Below, one piece after another: positions 1-8,844 of a stretch of DNA of 32,000 nucleotides. The stretch spans positions 1,290,001 to 1,322,000 of the forward strand of contig NC_006138.1 in assembly GCF_000025945.1 (NCBI RefSeq), read 5' to 3'. A program made the position numbers and the translations under genes. Source of the DNA: Desulfotalea psychrophila LSv54 (GTDB lineage: Bacteria; Desulfobacterota; Desulfobulbia; Desulfobulbales; Desulfocapsaceae). Within the stretch, counting starts at the first letter, position 1. Each line of letters starts with the position of its first letter. The notes beneath the pieces are model-generated. The model did not search any database and had not been told where the DNA came from. It worked only from the letters and a program-made list of their open reading frames with translations.

Positions 1-1
1 C

Positions 2-460
2 GCCATGCAGGATGCGCTTGAGCGTAGCGGGGTCATCACTCGGGCTATGTCGGCTATTCCTATGCAATCGATTTGTGAATCTTATATTAGAAGGCGAGCA
101 ACCAGACATCTTGAAAAAGGTCGAGTGGTTATCTTTGCTGCTGGTACCGGTAATCCCTATTTTACCACTGACTCGGCGGGTGTCCTGCGTGCCCTGGAGA
201 TTGATGCTGATATCGTGGTTAAGGCGACCAAGGTTGATGGTGTCTATGATAAGGATCCTATGATTCATGATGATGCTGTCAAGTTTGAGCATCTTACCTA
301 TGACGATGTCCTGCGTAAGGGACTGAAGGTCATGGATGCTGCTGGAATTGCCTTGGCAAAAGACGATGACAAGCCTATTATGGTGCTGAATATGAGTGTT
401 GCTGGTAATATGAAAAAAGCTGCACTTGGTGAACGTGTTGGGACACTTATTACTGCGTAA
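2..460 (+). CDS. pyrH: UMP kinase, C-terminal ~150 aa (5' end lies outside the window)
   Basis: The frame of ORF 5..460 stays open to the window edge. PyrH-like sequence ([36 protein letters not shown]). Sits in the conserved pyrH-frr-uppS-cdsA-dxr-rseP gene order. Confidence 0.9.
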   Translation, partial: AMQDALERSGVITRAMSAIPMQSICESYIRRRATRHLEKGRVVIFAAGTGNPYFTTDSAGVLRALEIDADIVVKATKVDGVYDKDPMIHDDAVKFEHLTYDDVLRKGLKVMDAAGIALAKDDDKPIMVLNMSVAGNMKKAALGERVGTLITA

Positions 461-532
461 GAGCTCCAAGGGTAATGTGTAGCTGTTTACTACTTATAAG
501 AAAATTTTCATTTTATAGATGAGGTTAACCCC

Positions 533-1087
533 ATGAGTGAAGTTATTGTAGAGATGAGTGGCAGGATGGCGAAGAGTGTTGAAGCTTTTAAAAATGATTT
601 ATCCAGGGTCCGTACCGGCCGTGCCTCGATTTCTATTCTTGATGATATTACCGTTGTTGCTTACGGTAGCACCATGCCTCTGAACCAGGTTGCGACCTTG
701 ACCATCCCGGAATCTCGTATGATTGCTTTGCAACCATGGGACCCGCAAATGATACCGCCCATTGAAAAAGCTATCCTTAAGTCAGGCCTTGGACTTAATC
801 CGGTAAATGATGGCAAGGTTGTTCGTTTGAATATTCCTCAACTTACCGAAGATCGTCGTAAAGATCTGGTCAAGCAGGTAAAGAAAATCGCTGAGGAGTT
901 TCGGGTAGCAATCCGCAACGTTCGACGTGACGCCATTGATACCCTTAAGTTGCAAAAGAAGGATAAGGAGATATCTGAGGACGATCTGTTCAAATTGCAG
1001 GATGATGCTCAGAAAGAGACCGATATTTACATCAAGCAGTTGGATGAGGTTAGTGCCTCTAAAGAAAAAGAAGTGATGGAAGTATAG
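533..1087 (+). CDS. frr: ribosome recycling factor
   Basis: 184 aa with typical Frr length and sequence (RVRTGRASISILD, LNIPQLTEDRRKDLVKQVKK). Immediately follows pyrH. Confidence 0.93.
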   Translation: MSEVIVEMSGRMAKSVEAFKNDLSRVRTGRASISILDDITVVAYGSTMPLNQVATLTIPESRMIALQPWDPQMIPPIEKAILKSGLGLNPVNDGKVVRLNIPQLTEDRRKDLVKQVKKIAEEFRVAIRNVRRDAIDTLKLQKKDKEISEDDLFKLQDDAQKETDIYIKQLDEVSASKEKEVMEV

Positions 1088-1229
1088 GCTTTGATGTTTT
1101 TGCTGTAATGATTAAAAAATATGAGTACAGGCACCGAACAGCTTGCCCGGTTTATACATTTTATGTTTTAAGTCATGACATCCCCCTAGGGGACGTGAAG
1201 CTTTTTTCATGGACACAAATGGAGAATAT

Positions 1230-1994
1230 ATGAGACTGGCAGAATTAGCTGAGAAGTATGGGATTGATCCTCTCCACCTTCCTGCTCATATTGCAATTAT
1301 TATGGATGGAAATGGACGTTGGGCTCAGGCTCGTAAACGTCCACGTCTCTTTGGACATAAGGCAGGGGCTGATTCGGTTGAGGAGATTGTCTCAATCTGT
1401 TGCCAACTCGGTATCCCGGCACTTACCCTCTATGCCTTCTCTTCTGAAAATTGGAAGAGACCGAAAGCAGAGGTGAGTGGCCTTATGTCTATCCTGCAGA
1501 AATATCTTCGGGCAGAGTTGCCCAAGATGCAAAAGAATAATATTCGTCTCCACTGTATCGGCGATATTGAGCGTCTGCCATCTGCTGTACGCGATACCCT
1601 GCTCCAGGTAATGGGCGAGACTGCAAAAAATACGGGGATGATACTCTCACTGGCCCTCAGTTATGGGGGGCGGGATGAGATCTGTCGTGCCATAAAAAAA
1701 ATCTCTGCTGAATGTGTCGCAGGTGATCTTGAGGAGACGGATATCACTCCAGATCTTCTCTCCGACTATCTTGACACCGCTATCTTGCCGGAACCAGATC
1801 TGTTGATACGGACGGGCGGTGAGTCTCGGCTTTCCAATTTTCTTCTCTGGCAACTCTCCTATGCAGAGTTGTACTTCACAGATATTATGTGGCCAGAATT
1901 TCGTACAGAACAGCTGGCAACTGCTATTGCCAGCTTTCAGGAACGTGAACGCCGTTTTGGCAAAATTGGTGCACAGTTAAATAAGAATAAATAG
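1230..1994 (+). CDS. uppS: undecaprenyl (isoprenyl) diphosphate synthase
   Basis: Motifs IIMDGNGRWA, FSSENWKRP and IRTGGESRLSNFLLWQ. I prefer the ATG at 1230 (GGAG at 1221-1224, 5-nt spacer) over the track start at 1209. Confidence 0.88.
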   Translation: MRLAELAEKYGIDPLHLPAHIAIIMDGNGRWAQARKRPRLFGHKAGADSVEEIVSICCQLGIPALTLYAFSSENWKRPKAEVSGLMSILQKYLRAELPKMQKNNIRLHCIGDIERLPSAVRDTLLQVMGETAKNTGMILSLALSYGGRDEICRAIKKISAECVAGDLEETDITPDLLSDYLDTAILPEPDLLIRTGGESRLSNFLLWQLSYAELYFTDIMWPEFRTEQLATAIASFQERERRFGKIGAQLNKNK

Positions 1995-2002
1995 GAAAAG
2001 AT

Positions 2003-2794
2003 ATGGATAGAGTGGTTCCGGGCTTACTTCTGGCGGGGTTTTGGCTCTTGTTGCTTTTTAAGGGGTCTGCTCTGCTGTTCTCTGTTGTTATCCTGGCTGT
2101 TATTTTCATGGCGGCAAATGAGTATCTGCGCATGGCAGCTGCGGGCTTAATTGGGAAAAAGGAGAGGTATTTTCTTAATCTGGTGCTGATGTTTCCAGCT
2201 CTTGCTGTTACCATCAATTCAACTCAGCAATATCTTGCTCCCGCTCTTCTGGCCTCTTTTTTCGTCCTGACAGGTTATTTTCTCTATCGCTACGCCAAGT
2301 TTGAACAGCCCTACGCCTTCTTTGCCCGTCTTCTCTTTGGGGTCTTCTATATAGGCTTTCTCAGTTCATACCTCCTGCTGGTCCGGGCCCTGCCCGATGG
2401 AAATTACTGGCTGATCGTTGCCTCGGCTATTACGGCAGGTGCTGATTCAGGGGGATATTTTGTCGGCTGTTCCATTGGTAAGCATAAGCTCTGCCCTAAT
2501 GTCAGTCCCAAGAAGACCATTGAGGGCGCTCTGGGCGGCCTTGTCTTTGCCCTCATTGCCGCCTTTGTCGGCGCTCACTTTCTTCTCCCCGAGGTTAGCC
2601 CCTGGTTTTTGGCTCTTGGCACCGTGGTTCTCACCGCAGCTGGAGTGGCCGGTGACCTGACAGAATCTATTATAAAGCGAGGCACGGGCACCAAGGATTC
2701 CGGCACCTGTCTTGGCGGGCATGGTGGTATTCTGGATCGAATTGACTCTCTGCTCTTTGCCCTTCCGGTGCTCTATACGGTGCTTACCTTCTAA
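2003..2794 (+). CDS. cdsA: phosphatidate cytidylyltransferase (CDP-diglyceride synthase)
   Basis: Polytopic membrane protein with the C-terminal CDS signature SIIKRGTGTKDSGTCLGGHGGILDRIDS. Conserved position after uppS. Confidence 0.85.
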   Translation: MDRVVPGLLLAGFWLLLLFKGSALLFSVVILAVIFMAANEYLRMAAAGLIGKKERYFLNLVLMFPALAVTINSTQQYLAPALLASFFVLTGYFLYRYAKFEQPYAFFARLLFGVFYIGFLSSYLLLVRALPDGNYWLIVASAITAGADSGGYFVGCSIGKHKLCPNVSPKKTIEGALGGLVFALIAAFVGAHFLLPEVSPWFLALGTVVLTAAGVAGDLTESIIKRGTGTKDSGTCLGGHGGILDRIDSLLFALPVLYTVLTF

Positions 2795-2853
2795 TTTTTT
2801 TTGGTTACCCGTTGTTCTGTTAAGGGCGTATCCATACTAGTTTATCATTTAAT

Positions 2854-4011
2854 ATGAAAAAAATATCTCTTCTTGGGGCGACGGGTTCCATTGGCACAAG
2901 TGTGCTTGAAGTTGTTCGGAAATTTTCCGATCAATACAGGATTGTCGCTATGGCTGCTGGTCGCAATATTGATCTCTTTGCCAGACAGATTGAGGAGTTT
3001 TCTCCAGATCTTGTTTCAGTGCTTGATGAGGAATATGCCCATTGCCTGCAGGAGAGGCTGGGAGGATTCAGGGGTAAGATCCTCTGGGGAAACGCGGGCA
3101 ATGAAGAGGTTGCCGCCTATCCCTCTGCCTCAATTACCATCTCAGCAATTGTTGGTGCGGCTGGTCTACTTCCTACCCTGGCGGCAATTGAGGCGGGAAA
3201 GGATATTGGCCTTGCCAATAAAGAGACCCTGGTCATGGCAGGAAAAATTGTCATGGAGAGAGCACGGCGTAAGGGGGTGGCACTGCTTCCCGTTGATTCC
3301 GAACACTCTGCCATCTTTCAGGCCCTGCATGCAGGTAAGAGGGCAGATCTGGCTAAAATTATTCTCACCGCCTCCGGTGGACCATTTCATGGCAGGACAG
3401 CTGCTGAACTTGCGCAGGTCACCCCTGCTCAAGCTCTGGCTCATCCAAACTGGAGTATGGGTAGAAAGGTCTCCATTGATTCAGCTACCCTGATGAACAA
3501 GGGGCTGGAGGTGATTGAGGCGAAATGGCTCTTTGATGTAGAGCCGGAGAACATAGAGGTGGTGGTGCATCCCCAGTCTATTGTTCACTCTCTGGTTGAG
3601 TACCATGACGGTTCGTTGATTGCCCAACTTGGGGTGGCTGATATGTGTATTCCCATTGCCTATGCCCTCTCCTATCCAAACCGTTTACCCCTCGGTCATA
3701 AGCGCCTCTCCTTAACCGACTGTGCCTGTTTGGACTTCATTCGGCCCGATACGGAAAACTTTCCAGCCCTGCCCCTGGCCTTTGAGGCCCTACGGCGGGG
3801 AGGGGTTGCGCCAGCAGCACTTAATGCGGCAAATGAGATAGCGGTTGCCGCATTTTTAGATGGCAAAATACGCTTTCTTGACATAGCAAGGCTTGTAACA
3901 GATACTGTAGACGTTGTTTCCCCGGGGGATGAAAATAAATTAGATGATATCTTAGCAGCAGACAGGGAGTCCAGGGAAATAACCCGGCAAAAAATAACGG
4001 AACTCTTCTGA
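2854..4011 (+). CDS. dxr: 1-deoxy-D-xylulose 5-phosphate reductoisomerase
   Basis: [15 protein letters not shown]-binding N-terminus plus DSEHSAIFQ and HPNWSMGRK motifs. 385 aa. Confidence 0.95.
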
Positions 4012-4056
4012 TATCATCTGTTTTCACGCCTCTTAACCTCTAAAGACAATGGTTAT

Positions 4057-5130
4057 ATGACTACAATTTTTTCATTTATACTGGTTCTTGGTGCTCTGAT
4101 ATTTGTCCACGAGTTGGGACATTTTCTCTTGGCAAAGTTCTTTGGCGTTCGGGTACTTAAATTTTCCTTAGGGTTTGGGCCACGTCTCTGTGGCAAAACA
4201 ATAGGGGAAACAGAGTATGTGCTTTCGGCCTTTCCTCTGGGTGGATTTGTTAAAATGCTTGGGGAAAACCCCGACGAGGAGGAGCTGACAGGTGTTGAAA
4301 AGGAGAGGGCTTTTTCCTATAAACCGACATACCAGAGATTTCTTATTGTCCTTGCCGGTCCGCTTTTCAATTTTATTTTTCCCGTTCTCATCTTTTCATC
4401 GCTCTTCTTCTTTCAGGGTATTCCCGTGTCGCAGGACACCACCAGAATTGGCCAGGTAAATGAGGGCTCCCCTGCCGCGCAGGCAGGTATGTTGGCAGAT
4501 GATATTATTGTGGACATCAATGGGGTAGAAACTACCAGTTGGCAGAGTGTTCTCAATGGGGTCAAGGATAGTGGCGGTGTACCTCTTAAGGTACTTGTTC
4601 TTCGTGGGGATAAGGAGGTGAGCCTCGCTATTGTTCCCCAGCGTGATGAGGTCAAAGATGTCTTTGGTCAAGCCGTTGAAGAGAGATATATGATAGGGGT
4701 GATGAAGGCGGAGGCCCTCTCCTATGAGGAGACAGGGCTCTTTGCTGCCATATGGCGAGGTCTGCAGCAGACATGGTTTTATATCTATTTGACCGGCCTT
4801 GGTATTATTAAGCTTATTCAACAGGTGGTGCCTGCATCGGAGATGGGTGGGCCAATTTTGATTGCTCAGATGGCCGGTGAACAGATGCGTGCCGGTTGGA
4901 TAAACCTCCTCTATTTTACCTCCCTGCTCAGTGTTAATCTCGGTATCCTTAATTTACTGCCCATCCCTGTCCTTGATGGTGGTCATTTAATGTTTTTGAC
5001 CCTGGAGGGGATTCGCAAAAAACCACTCGGTGAAAAGGCACAAATTATTGCCCAACAGATAGGGCTTGGCCTCTTGGCTACCCTGATGCTTTTTGTTTTT
5101 TACAATGATATTATGAGGCTTATAAAGTAA
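4057..5130 (+). CDS. rseP: RIP site-2 zinc metalloprotease RseP
   Basis: HELGHF (HExxH) in the first TM helix, a central PDZ-like segment, and C-terminal NLLPIPVLDGGH. Conserved position after dxr. Confidence 0.9.
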   Translation: MTTIFSFILVLGALIFVHELGHFLLAKFFGVRVLKFSLGFGPRLCGKTIGETEYVLSAFPLGGFVKMLGENPDEEELTGVEKERAFSYKPTYQRFLIVLAGPLFNFIFPVLIFSSLFFFQGIPVSQDTTRIGQVNEGSPAAQAGMLADDIIVDINGVETTSWQSVLNGVKDSGGVPLKVLVLRGDKEVSLAIVPQRDEVKDVFGQAVEERYMIGVMKAEALSYEETGLFAAIWRGLQQTWFYIYLTGLGIIKLIQQVVPASEMGGPILIAQMAGEQMRAGWINLLYFTSLLSVNLGILNLLPIPVLDGGHLMFLTLEGIRKKPLGEKAQIIAQQIGLGLLATLMLFVFYNDIMRLIK

Positions 5131-5858
5131 TGACCCAACCTGTTTTACTTGCAATCGATACGGCCACAAACTGTAGCTCTGTGGCAATAACCAGGGGCGA
5201 TAGTCTCTGTGGTGAGGTAATTGCCTCTCTCTCTCTCAGTAGTGGCATTACCCATTCCCGCCGTCTTCTCACCTCTATTGAGTGGCTGATGGCCGAGGTA
5301 GGTATGGACTGGCAGGGGCTTACCGGCATTGCCGTGAGCCTTGGTCCCGGCAGCTTTACCGGTCTGCGGATCGGCATGGCAACGGCTAAGGGACTTGCCA
5401 CCGCCGCCGGACTACCCCTCTACGGAGTTTCAAGTTTGGATGTCCTGGCCAGCAGATGTGTCACCGATAAGTTGATCTGTGTTGCCCTGGATGCGAGAAA
5501 AAAAGAGGTGTATACGGCCCTTTATCGGAGGGTCGGCGGAGAGATTCAGCGACTTGGTGACTATCAGGTGCTTGCCCCGGAGAGTCTTGTCGCTATGATT
5601 GATGAACCTGTCCTCTTTGTGGGTGATGGTGTCCGGGTCTACAGTGACAGATTGTCTCTGTCGGCACTGGCTGGGGCTGAGATTGCCCCTGCTATCCTGC
5701 ATACCATTTCAGCCACGGCTTTGGGCTTTTGTGCAGCTGATTGTGCCATAAGGGGGGAGATGCTGGATACTGCAGCGGCTGTACCCCTCTATGTGCGAGC
5801 CTCCGATGCTGAGCTCAATCTTGGCATAAAGGTTACTCCCCGGCCCATCCCCTGCTAA
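5130..5858 (+). CDS. tsaB: tRNA t6A37 threonylcarbamoyl-transfer protein TsaB (YeaZ family)
   Basis: LAIDTATNCSSVAI N-terminus and GPGSFTGLRIG motif. Its start overlaps the rseP stop (TAATG), suggesting translational coupling. Confidence 0.8.
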   Translation: MTQPVLLAIDTATNCSSVAITRGDSLCGEVIASLSLSSGITHSRRLLTSIEWLMAEVGMDWQGLTGIAVSLGPGSFTGLRIGMATAKGLATAAGLPLYGVSSLDVLASRCVTDKLICVALDARKKEVYTALYRRVGGEIQRLGDYQVLAPESLVAMIDEPVLFVGDGVRVYSDRLSLSALAGAEIAPAILHTISATALGFCAADCAIRGEMLDTAAAVPLYVRASDAELNLGIKVTPRPIPC

Positions 5859-5887
5859 TCGTGAAAAAATCAATATAGAGGTCTGCG

Positions 5888-6982
5888 ATGATAAGTCGAC
5901 GTTCGACAAGGCAAATACAGGTGGGTAGGGTAGCGGTGGGTGGTGACAGCCCTGTTAGCGTTCAGTCCATGACCAATACCGATACCCGTGATATAGAAAA
6001 GACGGCGGAACAGCTGCAACGTCTGCAGCAGGCGGGCTGTGATATTGCCCGGGTGGCTGTTCTCGATCAGGATGCGGCCCGGGCCATATCGGCCCTTGTC
6101 GATATGAGCTCCATGCCCATTATTGCCGACATTCACTTTGACTATCGTCTGGCCATTGCCGCCATGGAAAATGGTGCCGCTGCTATTCGTATAAATCCGG
6201 GAAATCTCGGTGGTGAAGAGAAAACCGCCAAGGTTGTGGCCGCTGCCAAGATGCATGGACTGCCTATTCGGGTGGGGGTTAACAGTGGTTCCATCGAAAA
6301 AGATCTTCTGAAAAAGTATGGTTATCCGACTGCTGATAATACCCAGGCCCTGATTGAAAGTGCTCTGCGTAATGTCCGTCTCTTGGAGAAACATGGTTTT
6401 GAACAGATAAAGATATCCATTAAATCATCGGATGTGCTGACCACCGTAAATGGCTATCAGCAGCTGTCCAAGGTCACCGATTATCCCCTGCATTTAGGTG
6501 TCACCGAGGCAGGTGGGCTTATTGCCGGAACCGTTAAGTCAAGCGTTGCCCTCGGTATTCTCCTGAACCAGGGTATTGGTGATACCCTGCGTATTTCCCT
6601 GACCCGTGATCCGGTGGAAGAGGTACGGGTGGCCTTTGAGCTTCTTCGTTGCCTCGGTATCCGTCAGCGAGGACCGGAGCTTATCTCCTGTCCCACCTGT
6701 GGCCGGACCCGAATTGATCTCTTCTCTCTGGCCGAAAAGGTCGAGCAGGTGGTGCAAGCCATGGAGGCCCCCATCAAGGTGGCAGTTATGGGCTGCGTGG
6801 TCAATGGCCCGGGCGAAGCTAAAGAGGCTGATATTGGTATTGCCGGTGGAGAAGGTTTGGGGATTATCTTTAAAAAGGGTGTCCTTTACAAAAAGGTCGC
6901 CGAGGAGCAACTCCTTGAGGTCTTTTTGGCAGAGTTGCGTGAGCTGGAAGAGGAATATCAGAAAAAGCATAATAATGTCTAG
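5888..6982 (+). CDS. ispG: 4-hydroxy-3-methylbut-2-enyl diphosphate synthase
   Basis: IspG/GcpE-like throughout. Fe-S cysteine motifs SCPTCGRT and GCVVNGPGE. Confidence 0.95.
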   Translation: MISRRSTRQIQVGRVAVGGDSPVSVQSMTNTDTRDIEKTAEQLQRLQQAGCDIARVAVLDQDAARAISALVDMSSMPIIADIHFDYRLAIAAMENGAAAIRINPGNLGGEEKTAKVVAAAKMHGLPIRVGVNSGSIEKDLLKKYGYPTADNTQALIESALRNVRLLEKHGFEQIKISIKSSDVLTTVNGYQQLSKVTDYPLHLGVTEAGGLIAGTVKSSVALGILLNQGIGDTLRISLTRDPVEEVRVAFELLRCLGIRQRGPELISCPTCGRTRIDLFSLAEKVEQVVQAMEAPIKVAVMGCVVNGPGEAKEADIGIAGGEGLGIIFKKGVLYKKVAEEQLLEVFLAELRELEEEYQKKHNNV

Positions 6983-7121
6983 TATCTAGAGATTTTTTGC
7001 GTATGGCATCCATCTATTGTATTCTTATGATGGTTGGGCCTCGCTCCCCATTTAAATCCATGTTGAGTCCTGGCCCGTCTTATTTAAAAGAGAAAAATAT
7101 TTAATTTATCACGGTGAAAAT

Positions 7122-8834
7122 ATGCGTTATTCACAATCATTTATACCAACCAAAAAAGAGACACCTGCTGAGGCAGAGGTGGCGAGCCACCAGTTGATGC
7201 TTCGGGCAGGTTTTATGCGAAAGCTTAGTTCCGGCGTTTATAGCTATCTTCCCTATGGCCTTGCTGCCATTCGTAAGGTGGAAAATATTGTTCGTGAAGA
7301 GATGAATCGTGCCGGTGCCCAGGAGATGTTGATGCCCATGGTACAACCTGCCGATCTTTGGAAGGAGACAGGCCGATATGAAAAATATGGTCCGGAACTC
7401 CTCCGCTTCTTCGATCGTAATAATCGTGAGTCCTGTCTTGGACCCACCCATGAAGAGGTTATTACCGATATCGTTCGTAATGAGCTGAGCTCCTATCGGG
7501 ATCTGCCCATCAACCTCTATCAGATTCAGACCAAGTTTCGTGATGAGATCAGACCTCGTTTTGGTCTGATGCGGGGTCGTGAGTTTGTCATGAAGGATGC
7601 CTACTCCTTTGATGTTGATGATGAGCAGGCAAATCTCTCATACGACAAGATGTTTGAGGCCTATAAGCGTATTTTTACTCGTTGCGGTCTGCAATTTCGT
7701 CCTGTCCAGGCGGATTCCGGGGCCATTGGCGGAAGTCATTCCCATGAGTTTATGGTGCTGGCTAAGACCGGTGAAGATACCATCGTGGTCTGTAAGGACT
7801 GTGAGTATGCGGCCAATATGGAAAAGGCCGAGGTTAAGCTGGTTGCCACCGAGAACGATGAGGCTCTGGCTGAACTGGAAAAAATTGAAACTCCGGGTAA
7901 GAGAAAGGTTAACGCCGTCTGTGATTTCCTCCAGATTACCCCGCAGCAGTTGGTCAAGACCATGGTCTTTGAGGCCGACGGGGAAGCTGTTGCCGTGCTT
8001 GTCCGAGGTGACCGTGAAGTAGAGGAGGTGAAGTTGAAGAACCTCCTGGGTGTGGCTGATGTAGAGTTGATGGATGATAAGGCCGTTTTTGATGCGACCG
8101 GCGTGCCCACCGGCTATCTTGGACCCGTTGCCATCCCAATTCGGGTGGTGGCTGATCAGGAGGTAATGGTCATGAAAAACTTCTATGTGGGCGGTAATGA
8201 GAAAAACTTTCACCTGAAGAATGTGAATATCGAGCGTGATTGTACCGTGTCCGCCGTTGCCGATCTGCGTCAAATCAGCACCGATGATCCCTGTCCGCGC
8301 TGTGGTGGTAGATTAGAGCTTACCGAGGGAATCGAGGTGGGCCATGTTTTTAAACTTGGTACAGGCTATTCTGAATCAATGAATGCCCGTTTTCAGGATG
8401 GCACCGGAGATGAAAAACCCTTTGTTATGGGTTGTTATGGTATTGGCGTTAGCCGGGTTGTGGCGGCGGCAATCGAACAGAATCATGATAAGGATGGCAT
8501 TATTTTTCCTGTTCCCCTGGCCCCATATACGGTAACTGTCTTAAATCTTGGTCTTAAAGATCCGGAGATTACTGCTGCTGCTGAAAAGCTCTATGCAGAG
8601 CTTCAGGCGGCTGGCCTCTCGGTTTTGCTCGATGACCGTGATGAGAGACCGGGTGCAAAATTCAAGGATGCCGATCTTCTGGGTATTCCTTACCGACTTA
8701 CCGTGGGCAAAGGCCTTGCCAAGAATGGCATGGTTGAAGTGAGACGTCGTCGTGATGGCCACACCGAAGAGATGACCCCTGAGGTGGCGGCAGATTTTCT
8801 TGCTCGTTGCATTCAAGCAGAACTCACCGACTAA
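7122..8834 (+). CDS. proS: prolyl-tRNA synthetase (bacterial type with INS editing domain)
   Basis: 570 aa. Class II motifs ([26 protein letters not shown]) and an insertion domain between motifs 2 and 3. Confidence 0.95.
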   Translation: MRYSQSFIPTKKETPAEAEVASHQLMLRAGFMRKLSSGVYSYLPYGLAAIRKVENIVREEMNRAGAQEMLMPMVQPADLWKETGRYEKYGPELLRFFDRNNRESCLGPTHEEVITDIVRNELSSYRDLPINLYQIQTKFRDEIRPRFGLMRGREFVMKDAYSFDVDDEQANLSYDKMFEAYKRIFTRCGLQFRPVQADSGAIGGSHSHEFMVLAKTGEDTIVVCKDCEYAANMEKAEVKLVATENDEALAELEKIETPGKRKVNAVCDFLQITPQQLVKTMVFEADGEAVAVLVRGDREVEEVKLKNLLGVADVELMDDKAVFDATGVPTGYLGPVAIPIRVVADQEVMVMKNFYVGGNEKNFHLKNVNIERDCTVSAVADLRQISTDDPCPRCGGRLELTEGIEVGHVFKLGTGYSESMNARFQDGTGDEKPFVMGCYGIGVSRVVAAAIEQNHDKDGIIFPVPLAPYTVTVLNLGLKDPEITAAAEKLYAELQAAGLSVLLDDRDERPGAKFKDADLLGIPYRLTVGKGLAKNGMVEVRRRRDGHTEEMTPEVAADFLARCIQAELTD

Positions 8835-8844
8835 AGGATGTAAA

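Noticed and set aside
1175-1207. The cccctagggg palindrome plus T-run as an frr terminator
   Set aside because: Only a ~5-bp stem can form, and the T-run starts ~9 nt after it, inside the alternative uppS start region. That is too weak to call, and frr-uppS read-through is equally plausible.
5870-6394. Long antisense or alternative-frame ORFs inside well-supported genes, for example 5870..6394(-) in ispG, 7638..8273(-) and 7597..8022(+) in proS, 2873..3493(+) in dxr, 4396..4821(-) in rseP, 10405..10815(-) in the RSH gene, 14160..14561(-) in the DHH gene and 23838..24197(-)/24070..24465(+) in the SBP gene
   Set aside because: Each lies wholly within a gene whose product is recognisable end to end. 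They have no RBS context and give low-complexity or Arg/Ser/Pro-rich translations typical of shadow ORFs.
8800-8844. Track start codon for the RSH gene at 8800
   Set aside because: It would overlap proS by 35 nt. The ATG at 8845 follows the proS stop and has an AAGGA RBS, and the 15 extra residues have no counterpart in RSH proteins.
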